DNA of 63,115 bases, counting the filler, from Welwitschia mirabilis (lineage: Eukaryota), in assembly GCA_051453625.1 (NCBI GenBank). It is 7 parts of one record of this genome, joined end to end, with 100 filler letters (N's around TTAATTAATTAA, not from the genome) between each part and the next. Parts side by side here need not be neighbours in the genome. Positions count along the whole stretch, not along the records: positions 1 to 19,991 come from JBOZIK010000001.1; positions 20,092 to 40,890 come from JBOZIK010000001.1; 5 more parts are not named here. One strand, given 5' to 3'. Position numbers and translations under genes: made by a program. Below the pieces are notes generated by a model. The model did no database searches. It was not told the DNA's origin and was given only the letters and a program-made list of their open reading frames with translations. Below, one piece after another: positions 11,690 through 21,209 of this stretch. How positions within the stretch are numbered: the stretch's first letter is position 1; each line of letters opens with the position of its first letter.

Positions 11690-13110
11690 TGAAAGACATG
11701 ATGTTGCATGTCCATGCTTGCCCGAATTTCGGTTCAAGCCTTAGATTTATTTCCAAGCCTTTCTAGATTCAAAATTTCAAGAGGTTACTAATTGCATCAT
11801 TAAAGCACATAAAGGTTTCAAGATGCCATCATATCACTAGGTATAAATTACAAAATATGTATTTATCTTTAGTTCTATCATGTATGTTTTGTCTTTATCA
11901 TTTTCTTGGTTATGTATAGCAGTGTACTAGTATTGATGTTATTTTATTAATACTTATCATGTTTTTCAATATTAGTTGTAAATTCTTATTGGAACATGCA
12001 AATAATAGTGGTGAAGATCTTATGGCAGCCCATCGATCTATTTGGGCAAGTAGGATTCTTTAGTTATGATGGATTCATAAATTAAACAAAAAGGAAGATC
12101 TTTAATTTAACTTTTTGGTTGGTTATGACAAAGCTATCATGTTCATCAAGTCCATCGATGCTTCTAGTAAAGCTAAGAATGCAAACTTCATCGTTTAATT
12201 CACAAGGATGTAATTGCACAAGTTGGTCCAAGTAGTGTTGTAAAGGTAAATATTTAAGATAGCAATTAAGCACTTTGTATTTCATTCCATCTCATTTTTC
12301 TAAAATTGATTTAGAATGTTGCATTTTTTGCAATTCACAGATTATCACTAATGATGCTATTGCATTTGCTTTTCCAAAGTCAAGGCTGCAAAGGACATAT
12401 TCTCACATGTATTGTTCTCCATTTGCTGGCCAATATTTTGACTTTTTGATTATAGGCAAGTTGTATTGGATTAAGCCTATAGGTTTAATGTCCACTAAGA
12501 CTTTGAGAATTTGAGAATGTTTCCTTCAATTTGTTAATGCATTCATATAATGTCTACTTAGTGATCATCACTCATTGGACTTATTGTAGACCATCAGAAA
12601 AGAAACTCCAATTGAAAGTTTATCTACTCACATGACTTCACCCATTCCTTACTCCACAAATACACAAAGGATGGAAAGTTAGTAGGACCTAGTGTTACTT
12701 GGTTTACTACAAACTTTCCTGTATTGCAGACATTCATGGAGCTCAAAGAGAAGTTGATGCATCTATTTTTGTCTCCTAATTGGTTGTCTAATGGTCCTCC
12801 TTGGGCTCATTTATGAAGTTTTCCTAAGGAAGGATTTTGCAAAAGAGCCATATTTAATTATCCCATTGAGCCCACACCTTGAGAAGACATTTTTGTAAGG
12901 ACTCTCTCTTATTATAAAGGAAACAAAATCTATTTTCTTACATACTTCCATCATGAGATTATCTTAAATTGACTTCACTTGTATTGATACCTTGACAAAT
13001 TTTGGAGCCATTAGTGAAATTATTAAGGTTGGTAGGTTCTAACAATCCATCTATGGGGTATGTCTATGATGTCATGGCTAAAGTGAAGACCAAGGTACAT
13101 CAAACATTAA
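11690..13110 (+). pseudogene. Degenerate hAT transposase (DUF659 type) with two apparent GT-AG introns (11841-11975, 12246-12340)
   Basis: Blocks KGFKMPSYH, KGRSLI/NFLVG...MFIKSIDASS, VGPSSVVK|IITNDA, IGKLYWIK, GKLVGPSVTWFTTNF and EPLVKLLRLVGSNNPSMGYVYDVMAKVK occur in the order expected for DUF659 hAT transposases. Confidence 0.85.
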
Positions 13111-13665
13111 TAGATATAAAATATGAAGAGGAGAACAAATGGAGTAATTCATTACAAAAATATGGGGCCACATGTTACAAACAAATTTGTACACTATAGC
13201 ATATGTCCTAACTACAAAGTTTGGTTTGCAAAGTACGATGAGTTGAATGATAAAGAAGAAATCAGAAGAGCCCCTTTATATAAAGCTTTTGTTTGGAAAT
13301 AAAAGTGGAAATTGTATTAACATAATATNNNNNNNNNNNNNNNNNNNNNNNNNNNNNNNNNNNNNNNNNNNNNNNNNNNNNNNNNNNNNNNNNNNNNNNN
13401 NNNNNNNNNNNNNNNNNNNNNNNNNNNNAAATTGTATTAACGCAATATATTACAGTGGAGGTGAAGATGCCCTACATGCGATAAATGCAAGGAAGCAGAT
13501 ATATTCCGATTGTATATCCAAAATAAAGATCAGACTATCACTAAAATAATTGAAAACTAATAATAGCATAATGAAAAGCCTTAGACTGTTTCAGAACACA
13601 AAAAGGTATAGAACTAAATGGGATTAGAAGCCCCTGCATCTGGGAAATCGCTCCCTCTGATGCTT

Positions 13666-14720
13666 CTAGATGAGCTTTCTACCTAGCTTATGTACCAGCA
13701 CCTCAANNNNNNNNNNNNNNNNNNNNNNNNNNNNNNNNNNNNNNNNNNNNNNNNNNNNNNNNNNNNNNNNNNNNNNNNNNNNNNNNNNNNNNNNNNNNNN
13801 NNNNNNACCTCAAAGGCTTGATTAAGAACTTTGAAATTGTCACCCCCTTTTGGTATTTTGTCTGGGTGGAGTCTTAATGCATTTCTTCTGTATATAGTCT
13901 TGATGGAACTCAAAGGTGCTATGTAGCTAACCCCTATCACGATATATGCACATTCTGCAGGCATTTGATAGTTGCCATCAGGACAAGACATCTAGCCTTC
14001 TCCATGTCTAACTCCTCCACTTTTGGGCCTTGACTTTGCTAGGGCTCTTCCTACTCTTGGTAAGCCTCCTCTTCGTCTTTTTTCCCTTTCTGGGATTACT
14101 CTTCCAAGTCTGCATGTGCACTCTCCTGCTCACTAGGTGTTGGGGGCGAAGTCGCCCTAAGCTGGTTGTTGGGGGGCGGGGGCAATGTCACCCTTGCCTG
14201 CTCATTGAAGGGAGGGGAAGAGGCCCCATTTGTTGTTTCCTTCATGGGAAAGGTGGATTCCATTGTTGTCATTTCGGCTTTGCCTCCTCACGGATCTCCT
14301 CAGGGCTTGGGTAGCCTCTTGGCCCACCTTTGCTGCCCTCCATAAGGCCATAACCAAACATGAAGGACTAGTTTTATCCATTCTTTTAAAGGATGGAGAA
14401 AAAAATGTGGTATGTTAATCCATCGCCCCAAGTCTATAGCTTTAAGGAAGGCAAAATGAATACCTGCTAGTTTAGAGGTGCAGCCGGATTGAATGAAATA
14501 TTTCTCCACCATTTCCGCCCCCAGGCCCCATGTGGAAGGAAGAGCACTTCTATGGATGTGGGCACTTGAGAGTTTAGGGATACCTACCAGAAAGAAGTGG
14601 TGGGCTTCTCGCTGTCCCCTGGCATCAATGGGGATTCTTTCTCCCTCTAATGGCATCTCGAGATACTCTACTAAAGCTTCTTCTGTAAGTTGAATTTTCA
14701 TTCTTTTAAACTTTGTGGAG
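13666..14720 (-). pseudogene. Decayed ORF: plant-transposon accessory domain (Transposase_32/env-like ORF type) + Pro/Glu-rich linker + C-terminal DnaJ J-domain
   Basis: J-domain AYIVIGVSYIAPLSSIKTIYRRNALRLHPDKIPKGGDNFKVLNQAFEVLVHKLGRKLI*, with HPD at 13860-13868; the gap was closed using the TTGAGGT overlap on both sides. The upstream frame STKFKRMKIQLTEEALVEYLEMPLEG...FLKAIDLGRWINIPHFFL continues through 5 stops and one frameshift near 13968. Confidence 0.75.
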
Positions 14721-14795
14721 TGTTGGAAGTGAAGCCAAATCTCTTGATATTATTTATTCCTTTATAGTGTGACTTTATATATATTTTATATAGTC
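14721..14795 (+). repeat. 5' end of another family A copia LTR, inserted into the J-domain ORF and running into a gap
   Basis: TGTTGGAAGTGAAGCCAAATCTCTTGATATTATTTATTCCTTTATAGT is nearly identical to the start of LTR 186-471. Confidence 0.85.
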
Positions 14796-15574
14796 NNNNN
14801 NNNNNNNNNNNNNNNNNNNNNNNNNNNNNNNNNNNNNNNNNNNNNNNNNNNNNNNNNNNNNNNNNNNNNNNNNNNNNNNNNNNNNNNNNNNNNNNNNNNN
14901 NNNNNNNNNNNNNNNNNNNNNNNNNNNNNNNNNNNNNNNNNNNNNNNNNNNNNNNNNNNNNNNNNNNNNNNNNNNNNNNNNNNNNNNNNNNNNNNNNNNN
15001 NNNNNNNNNNNNNNNNNNNNNNNNNNNNNNNNNNNNNNNNNNNNNNNNNNNNNNNNNNNNNNNNNNNNNNNNNNNNNNNNNNNNNNNNNNNNNNNNNNNN
15101 NNNNNNNNNNNNNNNNNNNNNNNNNNNNNNNNNNNNNNNNNNNNNNNNNNNNNNNNNNNNNNNNNNNNNNNNNNNNNNNNNNNNNNNNNNNNNNNNNNNN
15201 NNNNNNNNNNNNNNNNNNNNNNNNNNNNNNNNNNNNNNNNNNNNNNNNNNNNNNNNNNNNNNNNNNNNNNNNNNNNNNNNNNNNNNNNNNNNNNNNNNNN
15301 NNNNNNNNNNNNNNNNNNNNNNNNNNNNNNNNNNNNNNNNNNNNNNNNNNNNNNNNNNNNNNNNNNNNNNNNNNNNNNNNNNNNNNNNNNNNNNNNNNNN
15401 NNNNNNNNNNNNNNNNNNNNNNNNNNNNNNNNNNNNNNNNNNNNNNNNNNNNNNNNNNNNNNNNNNNNNNNNNNNNNNNNNNNNNNNNNNNNNNNNNNNN
15501 NNNNNNNNNNNNNNNNNNNNNNNNNNNNNNNNNNNNNNNNNNNNNNNNNNNNNNNNNNNNNNNNNNNNNNNNNN

Positions 15575-18185
15575 GTGGGATTCTATTTTTATCCTTTCCT
15601 CCTGACTAGATAAAGTTTTTTATCATTTTGTTTATTTTGTTGATAATGTGTTTCAGAGGGGCGATAACGGAAGCGGTGTATCTAAAGGTAGCTATGAGGC
15701 GTGAGTCGATAAGGATGACTTTTGCTTTTGAGAAGAGGAATCTATTTGTCCAGGTATTGCATTTCCTTTAGATTTTCTCAATGATGTGCATCCAAGTTTG
15801 GATTTTATTCCAATGCTATAATGGAATCCCTAGATCAATATCATCAGTTCCCCCTTCTTTGGCTTCTAGGATCTAGGCGATATCGCCCCTGTGTATAGTT
15901 TGCCTTACAAGACAGATTTTTGTCTTATTTTAGTTTACCTCTAGCCTCATGGCTCTGCTGAATAGGTCCATTGCATTTCTAGTGGCTTTAGCTTGCTGAC
16001 ATGAGGCTTGGGTTATTATGATTGTATCATCAGCATAATGATTATTAATGAAAGTTTGCTCCCCTATCTTAATTCCTTTAGTATCGCTTCTTTTTAGCAT
16101 TTTCTAGAAGACATCCATAACAAATAGAAATAGATAAGGTGATAACGGGTCTCCTTGTCTAAGTTCTTGCCCTACTGTGAAATACTCAGACCTATTGCCA
16201 TTGATCTCCAGGTAGAATTTGGCTGAGGCCTAAATGTCCATCCATAGATTTACCATCTCTTTCGTAAACCCAGTTTTCCTAAGTATGGTTCCTACAGCAC
16301 TCCAACTAATTGCATCATATGCCTTGGCTATATTGATTTTGGTAAGCAATAAAGGAAATTTATGTTTTTTAAATAGAATGGATAATCTCATGAGTAAGTA
16401 AAATGTGGTATTGGATGTACTTGGAGTGGACGAAGCCAGCTTGGTTTGGAGAAATGACCTTGGGCAACAACGGGGTGATACAACCAACCATTATCTTTGC
16501 AAGATATCCTGTAAAGCACATTACATATCCCAATCGGCCTGTAGCCTCTGGAGTACTAGCAGCTATTTTCTTTGGGTCAAGGACTATTCTAGTTTTGTTC
16601 ATTTCGGTAGGGATTCTCTTGGCTGTAAATATTTGCTACATAACATCTTGAATGTTTTGAGGATGGGAAAGTAGACTTTAAAAAGTTCTCTAAGCCACCC
16701 ATCTGGCCCCAGACCTTTGTTGGTTTTCATGGATTTAATGGTCCGTTTTACCTCTTCACTATTGATAGGTTTTTGTAATTCTTCATTCTCCTCTTTAGTA
16801 ACCTTATTAGTGGTACTTAATGGCTCGAGAGTGATATCCTCCCATTCCTAAATTGTTTTGAGGTGCTTCTTCATTTCGATCCCGCTTTCCTCATCTTCTA
16901 ATAATCTATTTCTTACCTTGAGCTTTCTGATCTTATTGTACATTTTGTCTTGATTTTCTTGGTGGAAGAAAAATATTGTGTGTTTATCACCTTCTTGTAG
17001 CCATTAGATTCTAGATCTTTCTTTCCACTATTGCTCTTCGTCTGTCGTGATTTCTTGGATTTCTTGAAGACAATTGCACTCACATTGTCTGAGATCATCT
17101 TGGTCTCCTCCTGCTCTTGCTCTGTCTAGATCTTCTAGAGCTCCTTTTCAATCTCTTTCTGAGAGTCAAATTTCTTTTTATCCCTTTTTTTTAGTGCTTC
17201 ATATAATCTTTAGCATGTTTAGGCCTCTATGCAAGAATGTGAGAGGCCTAGTTTTGTCATACTTATACCAGATACTCTCCACCATATTCCTCATGTCTTC
17301 TCTATCTGTCCGATATTTTTCCATCTCGAAGGAACATTTTGGTGATGAATCCGTCCCTACCTGAAACCTGACTGCTCTATGATCCAAAGCTATTCTATTT
17401 AGGCCCCAGCCTTCTATTGATTTGTTGTTGAGTATTTCTCTTCTAGCCAAAATTCTATCAATCCTGGACATGATTAGATTATTACCTCCTCTTTTGTTTG
17501 ACCATGTGTATTTGCATCCTAAGATTGGGATATTTGTTAAGTCACCTTGCATCCTAAACTCCTTGAGGANNNNNNNNNNNNNNNNNNNNNNNNNNNNNNN
17601 NNNNNNNNNNNNNNNNNNNNNNNNNNNNNNNNNNNNNNNNNNNNNNNNNNNNNNNNNNNNNNNNNNNNNTGTATTTGCATCCTAAGATTGGGATATCTGT
17701 TAAGTCACCTTGCATCCTAAACTCCTTGAGGATTTCTGCTCCTCTACTATTCTAGTTGCTTCCACCTGATTTTTCCCATCTATGGATACATTGGTTGAAA
17801 TCTCCTACAACTAGCCATCCGTTCTTGTTTGCAATGGTATTAAACAGGTTATAGTATTCTTGATTCTTGTCCATGTTGCCTTGAGAGTTGTAAATGTTTG
17901 TGATAACCCAACCTTCCCCCTTGAGGTAGATTGAAATGTGGCAGACCCTTTATTAATCAGCTCTACCTCCTCCTTTGTTAAGATCATTAGCCCTTCTCAT
18001 TTTTCTTGGGCTCTTGTGGCAAAAATGTTTCAATCCTGCTAGAATTTTCCCATTTTCTTATCCTTACTTATTTTGGTTTCTTGAAGGCAAACTAACTTAA
18101 TATTATTTTTAACAACAATGTCTATCAGGGTCTGTTTTTTATAGGGAAACCCTAAGCCACTGTAGTTCCAAGTAAGGCAATCCAT
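15575..18185 (-). pseudogene. L1-clade LINE ORF2 (AP endonuclease + reverse transcriptase), degenerate, 3' part lost in a gap
   Basis: Starts MDCLTWNYSGLG...VCLQETKI. Contains VGDFNQ, YTWSNKRG...SRIDRIL...LDHR, ISPNQAGFV, KINIAKAYDAISW, LRQGDPLSPYLFLFVMDVF and YADDTII. Confidence 0.95.
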
Positions 18186-19647
18186 CAGGTTGGTTTTCAC
18201 CCCTTTTTGGGTGCCCCCAATCCTTTCTTCAATGTTTCCTCTATTGTGGCTTGTGAATTATTTGCTACGTTCTCCATGGTTTCCCTATCTCTTAGGATTC
18301 TATTGCTCAGTCTCCCCTTAGTGTGTCGCTCTATATCACTTGGTTGTACCTCGTTTGATTGTATTTTATCTTCTCCTTATTTCGGTTGCTGCTCTTCCTC
18401 TTCTCCTTCCAGGGCTAAAGATTGAAATGGGTTCGCATTGGGGTTTTCCTTCCCTTTTTTAAGGAACACCACTATGCTTTCTTGAATCCCTTCTTTTTTT
18501 GTCTTATGCNNNNNNNNNNNNNNNNNNNNNNNNNNNNNNNNNNNNNNNNNNNNNNNNNNNNNNNNNNNNNNNNNNNNNNNNNNNNNNNNNNNNNNNNNNN
18601 NNNNNNNNNCTCCTTCCAGGGCTAAAGATTGAAATGGGTTCGTATTGTGGTTTTCCGTCCCTTTTTTAGGAAACACCACTATGCTTTCTTGAATCCCTTC
18701 TTTTTTTGTCTTATGCCAACAGGCTTCTGCTTTATGTCCTATTCTCCCACAGAATGTGCATTCCTCCTTCTTGTCCCCCGTGTCTACTAGTATTTTCCCG
18801 CATTCCTCCTTGAAGTGCCCTTTCTTCCCACAGGGGGCGCCGGTCTTTTCTATCTTTGGACATCTACTTGGAGGTGTNNNNNNNNNNNNNNNNNNNNNNN
18901 NNNNNNNNNNNNNNNNNNNNNNNNNNNNNNNNNNNNNNNNNNNNNNNNNNNNNNNNNNNNNNNNNNNNNNNNNNNNNATAGTGAGAGCACATCTTTTCTA
19001 CCTTTGGATATCTACTTGGGGGATGCCTTGATTTCCCACAGGTTCCACAGATGACTGGTAAATTTTCGTACTCAACTTCCAGATTGCATTCTCGCCATTT
19101 GGAGTGAAATCTTATGGACTGAATCTCCTTTGTTTTCTCCAGGCTTGTCCAGACACAAAGTCTAGCTAGCACTAATCGAGTTTGCTTTATTGTTATTTTG
19201 TCTAGTTTAATGAGGTCCCCAAATTATGAGGCTATTTTCTTAAGAAGAACTTCATCCTAGAACTCTACGGGAAACCAAGAGATCCTTATCCAAATTGGCC
19301 TGAAAAAGGTTTGGGTCTAATTGCGCCCCTAGGGCCCACTTTGCCAAAGCGAGCCCTCTTACTCCAAAGAACCATGGGCCCTTAGCTATGACTTCATCCC
19401 AATCCTTTTCATTATCAAACTAAAACAAAACTAGCCCATCTAGCAAAGCAATAACTTTTACTCTAGAGATCCCTATCCACTTAGTGGCCACCCAATCTCT
19501 AATCAGGTCTAACCTCGGCCTTGGACCAAAAGAAATGAATTTGCCCAGAAGGCTGAACTGAAACCTTTTTTCAATTTTTGCACATACACCATCGTCTATA
19601 TCCAAGACTAAAGCGCTCCTGTCTCTAGAGAACATGGCTTTTTCCAT
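18185..19647 (-). pseudogene. L1 LINE ORF1 (DUF4283-like domain and CCHC zinc knuckle), degenerate
   Basis: FSLLGKF...DWVATKW, GPWFFG, IWIRISWFPVEF* and ARLCVW...VEYENLPVICGTCGKSRH. Lies directly upstream of ORF2, with a GC-rich 5' UTR extending to about 19870. Confidence 0.88.
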
Positions 19648-19914
19648 TGCAAGGCGAAGACCTGAGATAAGAAAACCCTAAAAATGACACAATGCTATAA
19701 CTTAACGGGAACGCCCCTTACCTGGATAGTCTCATGCCAAAACCAAAACCGATACTAACCGCCTCCCCCTTGGGAGGTTGCAGTCCATCCGCGCTGCCAC
19801 CGTCATCGCCCCTTTTCCAAGCTGCTTCTGCTCTCCACAATTCCGCCTAGCACTCTCCCAACCTAGGGTTTCATATGGGCATTATCTATCTTACCCATTT
19901 TCATCACTTTATTT

Positions 19915-19991
19915 CATGGTTGTGAAACTCGGACTCGGCACCAAACTCGTTTGGCTACCTGGACTCAGACTCGTTAGCCAAACTCGGCAAA
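19915..19991. mobile_element. Possible hAT-type DNA transposon/MITE terminus with ACTCG subterminal repeats
   Basis: CATGGTTGTGAAACTCGG followed by clustered (A/G)ACTCG(G) motifs. Cut by the scaffold end, so no partner TIR or TSD is visible. Confidence 0.4.
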
Positions 19992-20035
19992 NNNNNNNNN
20001 NNNNNNNNNNNNNNNNNNNNNNNNNNNNNNNNNNN

Positions 20036-20047
20036 TTAATTAATTAA
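20036..20047. other. Artificial scaffold linker TTAATTAATTAA (also 40935-40946, 46032-46043, 49937-49948, 54960-54971, 57977-57988)
   Basis: The identical 12-mer, which has stops in all six frames, is centred in 44+44 N on six occasions. Confidence 0.97.
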
Positions 20048-20249
20048 NNNNNNNNNNNNNNNNNNNNNNNNNNNNNNNNNNNNNNNNNNNNGATTAATAC
20101 AAAAATGACAACAGATTTTAATGATAAGCACAGAGTAAAGTAGAACCCTAATTCTGTGGTATTCAAATCATGAAGCCATATTTTTCAGCATTATGATAGA
20201 AGCATCAAGAGAATACTTAGTTCCTACTAAATACATCAAATATGCTCTG

Positions 20250-20818
20250 TAGCTAGAGGCCTAATCATGATAGCCAGCTAAAAGAATAAAGTTATAAGTG
20301 AAAATCAAATGGATAAAATGATATTTAGGAGTTAATAAAGAAGTAGATAAATTATATTTCCATGAATACACTCTACTGCAAAGCTCCCTTGTGACTATCG
20401 GTTTGTCTTACATGGTGTCTCTGAGAGGCCAAAATTCCTCATATTCTCCCCTTGGAAGATTAGTTAGCTTAAAAATGAGATTTGTAGTTACTCTCATCCT
20501 TCTACCCAAAATAAGGACTTCAAGAGTTGTGGTCTCATGATTAAAAGAAGCATTACAATAAAACATCCTAGTGAGAAAAGGATAGACAGGACTTGAGACA
20601 TCTAAGAAGTGGTCTAGATCTTAATCTCTCAAGAGCTAGATTACCTTCCTGAGTTCCTTGAATTTAGATGTGGCTACAAACCTTTCTTGACACATAGCTT
20701 TCTTCTCAAACTTGTCAGAGAACTTGTTAATATCTTCTTCAGACATTTCTTGATAGAAGTAGAAGGGTTTCCTTGAAGCATCCTCTTCTGCACCTCTCCT
20801 AGAAGAGCTAGCAGCCAT
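20250..20818 (-). pseudogene. Sirevirus accessory (env-like position) ORF, degenerate
   Basis: MAASSSRR...FEKKAMCQERFV...LDHFLDVSSPVYPFLTRMFYCNASF...LGRRMRVTTNLIFKLTNLPRGE has the PVYP.L.R.FY.N pattern of plant retroelement accessory ORFs. Downstream of gag-PR on the same strand; 3' end approximate. Confidence 0.7.
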
Positions 20819-21209
20819 TCTAAAACCCTTGAAATAAAGAGTACTAATAAAAACACTAGATCTAGCAATAAAATCTTTAGATCTTAAGAGAAACTCACTA
20901 GATCTAAAGGCTTGGAGACACTAAAACACAATGAAATAAAGTTATGGTTCTATCTTTTTTATAGAGTAAAGGAAACAGGACGAATTTGAGAAAGAAATTG
21001 GGTCCATTAACTATACTTTCACACTATAATATACTATATCTGGTTGACCATTTTAACATTTGATTAACCCCTCGAGATGTGGATCTACAATACTAGAAGG
21101 GGTCTGGATGACTAGGCTCTCAGTCCCGTCGACCGGCCATATCTGGTTGACCAAATCATAGATTCAGTCGACTGCCCTGCAATTAGTCAAGGAATGGTGT
21201 CTTGATCTT

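Noticed and set aside
10547-11766. Long 300-390 aa ORFs in the track (likewise 14769-15605 and 52374-53281)
   Set aside because: They consist almost entirely of N-gap translation.
13666-13991. J-domain as an ordinary functional host DnaJ gene
   Set aside because: It is linked through a frameshift to a stop-riddled transposon-type ORF, shows no introns and has no independent gene context. A host-derived origin remains possible and is covered in the findings.
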